This document shows, piece after piece, positions 7,965 to 17,647 of a stretch of DNA of 64,000 nt (position 1 is the stretch's first letter; each line of letters opens with the position of its first letter). Source of the stretch: Anaerolineales bacterium (GTDB lineage Bacteria; Chloroflexota; Anaerolineae; Anaerolineales; UBA4823); contig JANXBJ010000011.1 of the NCBI GenBank assembly GCA_025057645.1, positions 24,028 to 88,027 of the forward strand. The letters run 5' to 3'. The position numbers and the translations under genes are program-made. The notes below the pieces were generated by a model. The model was given only the letters and a program-made list of their open reading frames with translations, did no database searches and was not told the DNA's origin.

Positions 7965-10802
7965 ATGAAATCTATTCAGCCTTTGCCGCAAATCAATCAG
8001 AGTCTTCCCTTCCTCATCGGGCTGGTGATCTTCGGAGTCATTATGTGGGTTGTCTTCTTGGTGCTCAAGTATCCCGATGATGGGATTCGTGCCCTCTCGG
8101 CGTCTCACCAAGTTCTTGCCGTTGATGAGCAGAGACCGGGAGGTAACCCCTTACAGGTAGGGGATATCCTGCTAGAAGTCGACGGCCAGCTGCTCTCCGG
8201 TCAAAGTGCATGGTATTGGGGAAAACGCCCCGGCGATTATGTCCGCTTTCGCATCCAGAGGGGAGAGAAGATCCTCTCCGTTGCACTTCAGTTGAGCACA
8301 CCGCAACCCTTAGAACTCTTTCGGAGACTCATACCTCTATCCGTCGCGCTGGTCTTTCTGTTCATTGCTCTTGCAGTTGAGGCATTCGCCCCCCGATCTC
8401 CCACGACAAAGATGTTTTTTGGGTTCTTTGTAGCTTCGAGCTTGTTGCTTACCTCAGGACAAGCCTCCGGACTCGGGCCTGTAATTGTGCTCGATTTGTA
8501 TTATTTTTTGTGGTGGATGGTCGGCCCGATCTCGGTACACTTTCATCTTTATTTTCCCCAACAGAGGAGCAGCCCTCAGATAAAGGGCGGCCTAATCCTC
8601 CTCTACGGAATCGGGTTGCTCGGGGGTTTGTTTCACTTAGGCATGGGAACGACGAGACTTCACGAACATGCCTACTTCAGTTTGCTCATTCCCATCTCTC
8701 GCCTGTTTTTGGCCCTATGTATGTTGTTAAACATCTGTTTACTATACTACAATTACCGCACTACGATTAGCCCTGCAGCCAAGGCAAAAATTCGTCTGAT
8801 TTTGCTAGGTGGAGTTTTGGCGGCTACTCCGTTGGTTACCACCTACCTTGTGCCAGAGGTGCTTCTTAATCGTCCGTTCTTGCCTGCATCGGCCATTTTT
8901 TTGTTTCTTTGCTCGCTGCCTTTGGTCTATGGATACGGGGTGTTTCGCTACCGTCTGATTGAAATCGAGCATCACATCAATCGCGGGGTTACCCTGTTAT
9001 TGGTGGTATTCATTTTAGTGGGCATTTACTCGGGGGTATTCTCTCTGGTGACTCGTTTCCTTCCGCGCCAGTACTTATTCGATCCCGCCCTAAATACCCT
9101 GATTATTCTGTTGCTTGCAGCGACCATTTTGCCTATTTCGCGTCGCGTGCAACGCTTTGTCGATACACTCTTTTATGGCGGTTGGTATGACTATCGTTCG
9201 GCTATCCTCCAAATTACGTCCGGTCTGGAGCAGGTCAATGACCTCTCCACTCTCGCCAGAGAAGTAACAAAGCGGTTGGTGAAAACCCTGAGAGTCGCCG
9301 ATGCTTGCATTTTCCTAAGCGACATTTATGGGGATCTTTCGGTGGTTGCGGTAGCACCTGAGGAAGCTGCCGATCAAGCAAACGGAAAGATGGATCGGGC
9401 AGTACTGCCCCGCAGTAGCTTAGAGTTTCTCTTGAAAGTCGGTGAGGAAGAGAGAGAGACGATTGCAAAGGCGCTGGCTCAGGCAAAGCTTTCGCCACAG
9501 GAGTTTCAATTGCTTCGCAGCCCGCAAGCCTATCTTTGGGTGCCAATTCTCAGTCATCAACAAGTGAAGGGCTTGATCGCCTTAGGACCAAAATACGGAG
9601 GGGACGTCTTCAGTGCTGAGGATATGGATATCCTGCGCGTTGTCTCCCGCAATCTCGGGCCTATAATTGAAAACATCCACTTGCTCAACCAGCTACGTCA
9701 ATATGCTGCGGATTTGGAGCTGCGTGTTCAGGAGCGGACGAGTGAATTATTTGAGGCCAAAAGGCGGGTCGAGGCGATTTTGGCGAGTGTGGGCGATGGT
9801 GTAGTGGTTACAAATCTGAGGGGAGAAATTGAGTTGACGAATCAGGCGATGGAAATCCAGACGTCTTACACTCAGGAGGAAATCCTACAGCGAAATTACT
9901 TTGATTGGTTGGCGCTGAGCAATTCTGTGGCAACAATCGAAGCAATCCAGATTTCTCTATCCAGAGGGGACGTGTGGAACGGAGAATTGGTTCACCAGAG
10001 AAAGAACGGGGAGCTCTACGACATTTTAGTGACCATTGCCCCTGTTCGGGATCAAAGCGGCGAAATCATAAACTATGTCGCTACGCAGCGTGACATTACC
10101 TACCGTAAGGAATTAGAGCGCTTGAAAGATATCTTCGTGGCCGATGTCTCTCATGAGCTGCGCACGCCCATCACGAATATTGCGCTCTATCTCGAGTTAC
10201 TTGAGACAGCACCCGAGTACAAAAGAGAGGAGTATATTCAAGTTCTCAAAGAGCAAAGCCGATTGTTGCGTCGCTTAATCGAAGATATCTTGGATTTATC
10301 CCGATTGGCGATTGGGAAGACCCGTAAAATCGAGTTCGAGCCAGTAGACTTGAACCTTCTCATAGAACAGGCTGTGATCGCTTACACCCCGGCTGTTGAG
10401 AAGGCCGGGCTAAAACTTCTCCTGGAAACCGTTCCCAGTGCGAAGGTGCGGGGAGAGCTCCATTACCTCTCACGCGCTCTCCAAAATCTGCTCGGAAATG
10501 CTATCCAGTACACCCCAAAAGGGTGGGTTAGGATAACAAGCCGGCGAGATGGAGAGTGGGTCTGCTTGGAAGTCCAAGACAGCGGCATCGGAATCCCCGA
10601 GGAGGACTTGCCCCATATTTTTGAGCGTTTCTATCGCGGCAAACTCGTGCGTCAGTCAAAAGTGCCCGGTACCGGTTTAGGGTTGGCTATTGTGAAGGAA
10701 ATTGTAGAGCTTCATAACGGTCAGATCGAGGTGGAAAGTGAGGTGGGAAGAGGGAGTGTGTTCCGGATTTATCTACCAGCCTGGATCGATGGAGATCGTT
10801 GA
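7965..10802 (+). CDS. Polytopic (~10 TM) sensor histidine kinase with a PDZ-like outer loop, then GAF-like, PAS, HisKA and HATPase_c regions
   Basis: H-box 'VADVSHELRTPIT', N-box 'LLGNAIQYT', G-boxes 'DSGIGI' and 'GTGLGLAIV'. About 10 hydrophobic segments lie in aa 15-400. The PDZ-like stretch is 'LQVGDILLEVDGQLL...PGDYVRFRIQRGEK'. Confidence 0.85.
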   Translation: MKSIQPLPQINQSLPFLIGLVIFGVIMWVVFLVLKYPDDGIRALSASHQVLAVDEQRPGGNPLQVGDILLEVDGQLLSGQSAWYWGKRPGDYVRFRIQRGEKILSVALQLSTPQPLELFRRLIPLSVALVFLFIALAVEAFAPRSPTTKMFFGFFVASSLLLTSGQASGLGPVIVLDLYYFLWWMVGPISVHFHLYFPQQRSSPQIKGGLILLYGIGLLGGLFHLGMGTTRLHEHAYFSLLIPISRLFLALCMLLNICLLYYNYRTTISPAAKAKIRLILLGGVLAATPLVTTYLVPEVLLNRPFLPASAIFLFLCSLPLVYGYGVFRYRLIEIEHHINRGVTLLLVVFILVGIYSGVFSLVTRFLPRQYLFDPALNTLIILLLAATILPISRRVQRFVDTLFYGGWYDYRSAILQITSGLEQVNDLSTLAREVTKRLVKTLRVADACIFLSDIYGDLSVVAVAPEEAADQANGKMDRAVLPRSSLEFLLKVGEEERETIAKALAQAKLSPQEFQLLRSPQAYLWVPILSHQQVKGLIALGPKYGGDVFSAEDMDILRVVSRNLGPIIENIHLLNQLRQYAADLELRVQERTSELFEAKRRVEAILASVGDGVVVTNLRGEIELTNQAMEIQTSYTQEEILQRNYFDWLALSNSVATIEAIQISLSRGDVWNGELVHQRKNGELYDILVTIAPVRDQSGEIINYVATQRDITYRKELERLKDIFVADVSHELRTPITNIALYLELLETAPEYKREEYIQVLKEQSRLLRRLIEDILDLSRLAIGKTRKIEFEPVDLNLLIEQAVIAYTPAVEKAGLKLLLETVPSAKVRGELHYLSRALQNLLGNAIQYTPKGWVRITSRRDGEWVCLEVQDSGIGIPEEDLPHIFERFYRGKLVRQSKVPGTGLGLAIVKEIVELHNGQIEVESEVGRGSVFRIYLPAWIDGDR

Positions 10803-11632
10803 TGTCTATGGTTCATCGCATTTACACCGTTTCGGATGCATCTGGTGCCACCGCCGAGCGCGTCGTCAAGGCCGCCTTGCTTCAGTTTGATGCAGTGAAC
10901 GTCGAGGTCATTCGGATCGGGGAAATCCGCACCAAGGAGCAAGTCTGTCAGATTATCGCTGAGGCAGCTGCGAACAAGGGAATTATCGTGCATACCCTCG
11001 TTTCTGAAGAGCTAAGACACTTGATGGTGACCGAAGGACGCGCAATGGATGTAGTTACCATCGACATCATGGGCCCTTTGCTGGTGCGCTTGTCTGACAT
11101 GTTTGCGCTAAAGCCCAAAGGAATTCCGGGGGGAATGACCCCTTTTGACCGAGGTTATTTAGAACGCATAGAAGCCATTGATTATACGGTGCGACACGAT
11201 GATGGCAAAAATCCACACGAATTACATCAAGCTGAGATCGTTTTGGTGGGGGTCTCGCGGACGTCCAAGACACCGCTGAGCTTTTACCTTGCCTATCGAG
11301 GGTGGAAGGTGGCGAATGTTCCGATTGTCTTAGGGATCGAGCCTCCTAAGGAGCTTTTTGAACTGCCTAAGCACCGTGTCGTGGGCTTGACCATCCGTCC
11401 GGAGCGCTTGGCCGAGCTGCGTCGCTCACGAGTGGAGCGCTTAGGCACTCTTCCGGCCGGGTATGCAGACCTAAGTTATATTCAACAAGAGCTCGCTTAC
11501 GCTTATGAGATTTTTGACCGCCGCAGGGACTGGCCACTGGTCGATGTCTCGGTCAAGCCGATCGAGGAAACCGCTTCTGAAGTGCTATCGCTGCTTGGGA
11601 AATCTCTGCAACGTTTTGAAGTGCACGAGTAA
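10802..11632 (+). CDS. PpsR/PDRP-type bifunctional kinase/pyrophosphorylase (DUF299; PEP synthase / PPDK regulatory protein family)
   Basis: P-loop 'LVGVSRTSKTPLSFYLA' and about 275 aa in length. The ATG shares one nt with the kinase stop (TGATG). Confidence 0.8.
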   Translation: MSMVHRIYTVSDASGATAERVVKAALLQFDAVNVEVIRIGEIRTKEQVCQIIAEAAANKGIIVHTLVSEELRHLMVTEGRAMDVVTIDIMGPLLVRLSDMFALKPKGIPGGMTPFDRGYLERIEAIDYTVRHDDGKNPHELHQAEIVLVGVSRTSKTPLSFYLAYRGWKVANVPIVLGIEPPKELFELPKHRVVGLTIRPERLAELRRSRVERLGTLPAGYADLSYIQQELAYAYEIFDRRRDWPLVDVSVKPIEETASEVLSLLGKSLQRFEVHE

Positions 11633-11643
11633 CTCCTATTGGG

Positions 11644-12162
11644 TTACCACTTTTCCCAATGGACAATTTGCTCCAGGGGTTTCCGTCCCCCTTTGCGCGG
11701 CGGTGCTGTGAGGATGCTTTCATCTAGCGGGTAGCCGAAGGAAAGGGCAATCCTCAGGTGGTATTCCGCAGGAAAGCCGAGCAGTTCTCTGGCCGCTTCA
11801 GGTTGGTAGATGGTGGCTAAACAAGAACCAATACCCATTTCCCAGGCTGCTAGCTGCATGTATGCTGCGGCTTGACCTGCGTCGAATAAGATTGAGAAGC
11901 GCTCGGCGGGATCCCGGGTGAGGATGGCCACCCCGAGTGCTGCCCCGGCAAGATGGCCTGCCCATTCCCCTAACTTGGAAAGGGCGACCAAGCGTTCACG
12001 CTCTCGAATTGCGATAAAGTGCCATGGCTGAGAGTTCTTAGATGACTGTGCTCTTCTACCGGCGTTAAGAATGGCTAGCACTTCCTCCTCTCGCAAAGGG
12101 CGATCGGCGAACTGGCGGACTGCCCGCTTGGTTCGGATTGCTTCTGCTACTGACAGCGCCAT
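11644..12162 (-). CDS. Nitroreductase family protein
   Basis: 'AIRTKRAVRQF', 'RRAQSSKNSQPWHF'. I chose the start at 12162 (MALSVAEAI) because the longer ORF would overlap the upstream lipoprotein gene; a purine-rich SD lies upstream. Confidence 0.75.
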   Translation of the reverse strand: MALSVAEAIRTKRAVRQFADRPLREEEVLAILNAGRRAQSSKNSQPWHFIAIRERERLVALSKLGEWAGHLAGAALGVAILTRDPAERFSILFDAGQAAAYMQLAAWEMGIGSCLATIYQPEAARELLGFPAEYHLRIALSFGYPLDESILTAPPRKGGRKPLEQIVHWEKW

Positions 12163-12182
12163 TTTATTTCCCTTTCTTTCCT

Positions 12183-12863
12183 CTACTGGCTTCGAAGGAC
12201 AATCGTGACGAGGGTGTCCTGCGTAGCAGGGCTGAAGCTGATGGAGATCGAAGCAGTGCGACCCTCTTTGACATAGTTCAAAAAGGACGAGTTGGGAAGC
12301 TCCCTCGATGAGTCTGCTTGATAATTCCATCCCCTTCGGGGCATTTCGCTCTTGTAGAAAGCAACTACTTCGGTATAAGGCATCGCCACAGTATAGGTTA
12401 TCGTGTGGCGGGTTAGGACGAAATTCTCTTTAGCTCCCTCTATGATCGGGATGTCCTCTGGGGCTGTGGGAGAGAGAGCAGGGATCGGAGTCAGGGCCGC
12501 CCTAGCTGTTTCTTGAAAGTTCGGAACTTCTTGGGTGAGAAAGGCTTGGAGAGTCTTGTCGAGACCAGGAGCTTGCTCAGTGAGCACGGCCTCCAAGGTT
12601 GCCAAAGCCCCTGATTGGTTTACTTCTGTAGCGAGGGCTTGGGCTGTTTCTAGCAAATTGCCTTGTACGAGTTGGGTAACGAGAGCCTGAGCAGTCGATA
12701 GGACTTCTCTGCCTCCTTCTGCTTCTGTGGCTACAGCTAAGGCGGTTGCAAACGCGCCTTCAACTCCTCTCTGGAGGGTATTGAGTAAGTTACATCCTAG
12801 CAAAAGAATGAGCAATAGGACCAGCGCAATCAGTTTCTTAGGTTTTTGCGGAGAAACATCCAT
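12183..12863 (-). CDS. Hypothetical lipoprotein
   Basis: Signal peptide with lipobox 'LLLLGC'. GGAAGGAAG SD upstream. An Ala/Thr/Leu-rich repetitive region is followed by a globular C-terminus. Confidence 0.6.
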   Translation of the reverse strand: MDVSPQKPKKLIALVLLLILLLGCNLLNTLQRGVEGAFATALAVATEAEGGREVLSTAQALVTQLVQGNLLETAQALATEVNQSGALATLEAVLTEQAPGLDKTLQAFLTQEVPNFQETARAALTPIPALSPTAPEDIPIIEGAKENFVLTRHTITYTVAMPYTEVVAFYKSEMPRRGWNYQADSSRELPNSSFLNYVKEGRTASISISFSPATQDTLVTIVLRSQ

Positions 12864-13104
12864 ATTTTATTACTTCCTTCCTTTCTGGGAGACTGGTCTC
12901 TCGGTCTGTGTCTTTACCTGCGAGGCCACCTTGCGCCCGTGAAGGCCTCTGAAGAGCGCAGCAAGGAGTTTCATAACGACTCAGCTGAAAAACCGTTTGT
13001 TCTGCGCTCGTACTGCTGCTTTCTCAACCTTATTGGACTAGGTGCGACGAAGCAAGGCTGCCATCCGCTCGCTTCGTCGCCGTCGTTCCTTTTGAAGGAA
13101 AGCG

Positions 13105-14139
13105 CTAACCGTCATACATCCGGATAAACTCTTCGGCCTTCTCGACCAGTTCGCGGTTGCCAATGAAGAGTGGGACGCGCTGGTGTAAGTCATGGGGCAC
13201 GATTTCGAGGATATCTTGGTAGCCGTCTGAAGCATACCCGCCTGCCTGAGCCATCACAAAGGCCAAAGGCGCAGCCTCGTATACCAAACGGAGCTTTCCG
13301 GTGGGGCGTTTTGGATCCTTCCTGTCCGCCGGGTAGTAGAAGATACCTCCTGTGAGCAGTGTGCGGTGGAAATCAGCGACCAAGGAACCGATATATCGGC
13401 TTGAGAGCGGTTTGATCTGTCCATCTTTCCCCTGGAGATACTCGGTGAACTTGCGCACCCCTTCGCTCCAGTAGATGTCGTACCCTTGGTTGACACTGTA
13501 GTATTTGGGCTTTGAGGGAATCTGAATATTCGGGTGGGAAAGCAAGAACTCTCCGAGATAGGGGTCTAGGGTGAAGCCATGCGTGCCGTTGCCGGAGGAG
13601 TAAACCAACATTGTGCTGGTCCCGAACAGAATGTACCCTCCAGCGACCATGTTTTTTCCCGGTTGGAGACAGTCGGCGAGGGTCCCCGGTCCTTCTTGGG
13701 TGATACGGCGGTAGATTGAAAAAATCGTCCCCACCGGCGCATTAACGTCAATATTGGAAGAACCGTCTAGGGGGTCGAAGAGCAAGACATACTTTCCGAT
13801 CGGGTACTGCTCCGGGATAGGGATGATATCAGGATGCTCTTCGGAAGCCATGACGGCTAGGCGGCCGGTGCGCTGATTGAGACGGATGATGGTTTCGTCA
13901 GCAAGTTCGTCCAGACGCATCACAACTTCCCCCTGCACATTAATGGCCGTTGTTGCACCGAGGATGTCCGCTAAGCCGGCACGGGAGATGCGACTGGCAA
14001 TGTATTTCCCGACAAGAGCGATGTCATAGAGCAATGAGGTCAAAACACCGGTTGCTTCAGGGTAAATCTTTTGTTCTTCAAGGATATGTCGCTCGATAGT
14101 GACAATCGAATCGGATGAATAGGTAACGGGTGCGCTCAT
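13105..14139 (-). CDS. fbp: Fructose-1,6-bisphosphatase, class 1
   Basis: 344 aa. '[11 protein letters not shown]' metal-binding motif and 'GGIFYYPAD'. GAGGAGG SD upstream. Confidence 0.9.
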   Translation of the reverse strand: MSAPVTYSSDSIVTIERHILEEQKIYPEATGVLTSLLYDIALVGKYIASRISRAGLADILGATTAINVQGEVVMRLDELADETIIRLNQRTGRLAVMASEEHPDIIPIPEQYPIGKYVLLFDPLDGSSNIDVNAPVGTIFSIYRRITQEGPGTLADCLQPGKNMVAGGYILFGTSTMLVYSSGNGTHGFTLDPYLGEFLLSHPNIQIPSKPKYYSVNQGYDIYWSEGVRKFTEYLQGKDGQIKPLSSRYIGSLVADFHRTLLTGGIFYYPADRKDPKRPTGKLRLVYEAAPLAFVMAQAGGYASDGYQDILEIVPHDLHQRVPLFIGNRELVEKAEEFIRMYDG

Positions 14140-14471
14140 ACGTCCTCCTCACACTTGGGGGATTTCTTCGGGGCAGAAAGCTCTCTGAGTATAGTATAGC
14201 GAGATTTTAGGGTTTTGACTATAGTGTCCCGCTCCGGGTGCGGACTTTGGTTGTTCCGATCTTTTGGCAGGGACTTGCTGGGGTCTACCTCGACTTGCCG
14301 AGGGTTGTTTCTCGGGGTTTGCTCTTAGATAGGCCTGGCCTGAGCTCGGTCTTGACTAAAAAGTCAGAGGAGTATTTCTTGGAATAAAACTTGTATCTTC
14401 CTAGGGCGGTGAGTGCATTTTCCCGGTCCGAAAAACGGGTTGAGTTATCGGAGAAAGCGGAGACTTCAAGG

Positions 14472-15641
14472 ATGACAGGAGTTTACTATGTCATCGGCCC
14501 TGAAGACCGGAACTTTGTGATCACATATCATGCGGAAGATTCGACCAGAATCGAGTATCTTAAGAGCCAGTGGAGACGTTTTCGGTGCTATGACCCGGCG
14601 CTCGCCCAAACCTACGAGATTTTGAGCCGCCCTACCAATCCCAATCTGGAGGTCACCGTAGATCGCTACCTGCCGGCAGGCGCTCCGGCCGGACCCTATC
14701 GCGTTGAGGTCTTTGTTCCGGCCAAGCACGCCACCTCAAAGAGAGTGATTTTTACCATAACCCATCACATTAATTATTCAACAGCAGCGGCTCAAGAGGA
14801 GTACAGTTATGTGATGGTGGATATGTCGGAATTGTCGGATGTGTGGCATCCATTGGGGGAGTTTTATCTCGATCCCGCACTGGGAAGAGAAATCGGCAAA
14901 GTGCGTCAATATGACTTGAGCCTCGAAGAGCCGCCGGCAGAAGCTGCCTATGGGCCGGTGCGCTGGTTACCTCTGTTTCCCTTGCCCGGTACGCGCATTC
15001 GTTTCGATGCGCCGGTCGGGACGCCGGAGGAGCGTGAGGCGCCCTTTCCCACGGGAAGGGTAATGTTTGGTAAGTTCCCTATCTGGGTTGGAAAGTGGTA
15101 CGATGCAAATCCGTTTTTATCTTGGTATACCTATGGGTATCACACCGGTGCAGACTTAAACTTGCCCGGCAACAGCGAGGCTGATCGTGGCAAGGAAGTT
15201 TATAGTATCGGAGACGGAACCGTAACATTTGCCGGAAGGGCAGGAAGTTGGGGAAATCTTGTGGTGATTGCACACCCCGAAGCAAAAGTTACCTTGCCAG
15301 ATGGAACACAACGTAGGCAACCGATCTTCTCACGCTATGGGCATCTCGACAAGCGTGTTCTAGTTCGCCTGGGTCAGCGGGTGAAACGCGGGCAGCCGAT
15401 TGGTTATATTGGCTTAGCTGCCAATGCTTTGACGGGTTCCCATTTACATTTTGATATTTGTTATACGAACTTGCTGGCCAAACGTCCGGCTCATTGGCCC
15501 AATCTAGATGTGATTCGCGCGCTTCATTGGTACTCGGCCCGAAGAGAGTCCCGTGCTTACATCAATGCTCAACTGCGCATTAGGCAGGAAGTAGTCGACA
15601 ACTATTTAGATCCCTTTACGTTCCTGAAAGAAAATCATTAG
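14472..15641 (+). CDS. M23 (LytM) family metallopeptidase with an uncharacterised N-terminal domain
   Basis: 'GYHTGADLN' (HxxxD) and 'GSHLHFDI' (HxH). The start is uncertain: ATG at 14472 versus TTG at 14391. Confidence 0.72.
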   Translation: MTGVYYVIGPEDRNFVITYHAEDSTRIEYLKSQWRRFRCYDPALAQTYEILSRPTNPNLEVTVDRYLPAGAPAGPYRVEVFVPAKHATSKRVIFTITHHINYSTAAAQEEYSYVMVDMSELSDVWHPLGEFYLDPALGREIGKVRQYDLSLEEPPAEAAYGPVRWLPLFPLPGTRIRFDAPVGTPEEREAPFPTGRVMFGKFPIWVGKWYDANPFLSWYTYGYHTGADLNLPGNSEADRGKEVYSIGDGTVTFAGRAGSWGNLVVIAHPEAKVTLPDGTQRRQPIFSRYGHLDKRVLVRLGQRVKRGQPIGYIGLAANALTGSHLHFDICYTNLLAKRPAHWPNLDVIRALHWYSARRESRAYINAQLRIRQEVVDNYLDPFTFLKENH

Positions 15642-15649
15642 AGGAGTGG

Positions 15650-16273
15650 CTATCCGGTTCCGAACTGGCGATCGCCAGCATCCCCAAACCCAGGTAGGAT
15701 CAAGCCTTGTTCATTCAGCCGCTCGTCAATTGCGGCGAGGTAGATCGGGATATCGGGATGCCTCGCTTGAAGAAACTGAATACCCTCGGGCACACCTACA
15801 ATCCCCATAAACTTGATCCGCCTGACTCCCCACTCCTTTAGGATATCGACTGTTGCAACGGCCGAACCACCGGTGGCTAACATGGGATCCAGGACGATGC
15901 ACACCGAAACTGTCGGTTCGACAGGCAGTTTCCGGTAGTATTCTACCGGCTTGAGGGTTCTCTCATCTCGATATAAGCCGATATGCCACACCTCAGCCGA
16001 GGGCAAGAGCTCCCACACTCCCTCAACCATCCCAAGACCGGCACGCAAAATGGGTACCAATCCGACACGGTCCTTAAGTTCGGCCCCATTGGTGCGTGCC
16101 AAAGGAGTTTGAACGGGGCGAGGGCGTAATTCCAGGTCCTGGGTTGCTTCATAGGTCAGCAAAGTGGCAATTTCTTTCATCAGCTCGCGAAAGGTGCGAT
16201 GATCGGTTGTGTGATCCCGTAATAAGGTGAGCTTATGGGCTACCAGGGGGTGAGTTGAGATGTGAACGGCCAT
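15650..16273 (-). CDS. upp: Uracil phosphoribosyltransferase
   Basis: 207 aa. '[13 protein letters not shown]', 'PILRAGLGM' and PRPP motif '[11 protein letters not shown]'. Confidence 0.9.
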   Translation of the reverse strand: MAVHISTHPLVAHKLTLLRDHTTDHRTFRELMKEIATLLTYEATQDLELRPRPVQTPLARTNGAELKDRVGLVPILRAGLGMVEGVWELLPSAEVWHIGLYRDERTLKPVEYYRKLPVEPTVSVCIVLDPMLATGGSAVATVDILKEWGVRRIKFMGIVGVPEGIQFLQARHPDIPIYLAAIDERLNEQGLILPGFGDAGDRQFGTG

Positions 16274-16353
16274 TTTTGCTCCACAAAAGTAAAAGAAATG
16301 CTACTTTGTGGGATGGGGCTTATTATAATGGATTACCGGTTATAATCTTAGCC

Positions 16354-17385
16354 ATGAGCGCAGACCGAGAGCGCATCATTGACCCGGCTTCTAAGCCAGA
16401 TGATCGCTTTGACTTGACCTTACGTCCTCGTTCCCTTTCAGAAGTCATTGGGCAGGAGCGGGTCAAGGAAAATTTACGCATTCTAGTTGAGGCTGCCATC
16501 CGGCGCGGTGATCCCGTAGAGCATATTTTGTTTTATGGGCCGCCCGGCCTAGGAAAAACTACCTTGGCGCACGTGGTTGCCGGTGAGATGGGAGTTAGCA
16601 TCAAAGTAACCTCTGGGCCGGCGATCGAGCGCCCTGGGGATTTAGCGGCTATACTAACCAATCTGCAGCCTGGAGACATATTCTTTATCGATGAAATTCA
16701 TCGCTTGGGAAAGGCGGTGGAAGAGATTTTATACCCCGCAATGGAAGATTTTGTGCTCGATTTTGTAGTGGGTAAAGGGCCTTCGGCACGTTCAATCCGC
16801 CTAAAGCTGCCTCGCTTTACGGTGATCGGAGCCACGACGCGGCTGGCGTTGGTCACTGCTCCGCTCAGAGCGAGGTTTGGAGCAATTTTCCGTTTGGATT
16901 ACTATGATGTTGAGGCGATAAGTACGATCGTAGCCAGGGCAGCAAGCCTGATGAGGGTGCAGATCGATGAAGGAGGGATCCGGGAGATCGCCCGCAGAGG
17001 GAGGGGAACTCCACGCGTTGCCCTGCGTCTTCTGCGTCGGGTGAGAGACTTCGCCGCTGTGCGTGCGAACGGCGTCATCAACCACAGCGTTGCGTGCGAA
17101 GCGCTTGACCTTCTTGAAGTCGACTCCCTGGGCCTAGATGACATTGACCGAAGAGTGCTGCGCACGATTATTGAGAAGTACAATGGGGGGCCTGTAGGCC
17201 TAAATACAATTGCAGCCTCATTGAGTGAGGAGTCGGATACAATCATGGACGTAGTTGAGCCTTACCTGCTTCAACTAGGGATGATCGAACGCACCCCTCA
17301 AGGGCGGGTGGTTACACGGATGGCTTATGAACATCTGGGCTGTGAGTACCCGAATAAGACAACTACTCAACCGACCTTATTTTAG
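16354..17385 (+). CDS. ruvB: Holliday junction branch-migration helicase RuvB
   Basis: '[13 protein letters not shown]', Walker A '[11 protein letters not shown]', 'FIDEIHRL'. I chose the ATG at 16354 (MSADRER) over the extended ORF. Confidence 0.92.
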   Translation: MSADRERIIDPASKPDDRFDLTLRPRSLSEVIGQERVKENLRILVEAAIRRGDPVEHILFYGPPGLGKTTLAHVVAGEMGVSIKVTSGPAIERPGDLAAILTNLQPGDIFFIDEIHRLGKAVEEILYPAMEDFVLDFVVGKGPSARSIRLKLPRFTVIGATTRLALVTAPLRARFGAIFRLDYYDVEAISTIVARAASLMRVQIDEGGIREIARRGRGTPRVALRLLRRVRDFAAVRANGVINHSVACEALDLLEVDSLGLDDIDRRVLRTIIEKYNGGPVGLNTIAASLSEESDTIMDVVEPYLLQLGMIERTPQGRVVTRMAYEHLGCEYPNKTTTQPTLF

Positions 17386-17401
17386 GAGGTGAACTCTGGA
17401 A

Positions 17402-17647
17402 ATGGCAACCCAAATGGCGAAGTGGCTTATCGGTCTGGGGCTCGTCCTCGTCATTCTTGGCGGAATCATTTTGTTGGCGAATCGCCTTGGCCTCGGAGGA
17501 TTAAGATTGCCTTTGGGGAGACTCCCGGGGGATATTCGAATTCAAGGTGAAAATTTCACTTGTTTTATTCCCCTTGCCACTTCGATTCTCCTCTCCATTC
17601 TCTTGACGGTGGTGCTTAACGTCATCGTTAGACTGCTCAATCGCTAG
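17402..17647 (+). CDS. DUF2905-like small membrane protein
   Basis: 81 aa with two TM segments and a 'LPGDIRIQGENF' loop, the usual DUF2905 pattern. It sits just upstream of queA, as is common. Confidence 0.65.
   Translation: MATQMAKWLIGLGLVLVILGGIILLANRLGLGGLRLPLGRLPGDIRIQGENFTCFIPLATSILLSILLTVVLNVIVRLLNR

Noticed and set aside
13044-13080. Perfect 10-bp inverted repeat GCGACGAAGC / GCTTCGTCGC with a 17-nt loop, downstream of fbp
   Set aside because: No U-tract follows on the minus strand (the fbp sense strand), so I do not call it an intrinsic terminator. It could be a processing or stability hairpin, or a protein-binding site, but nothing supports that.
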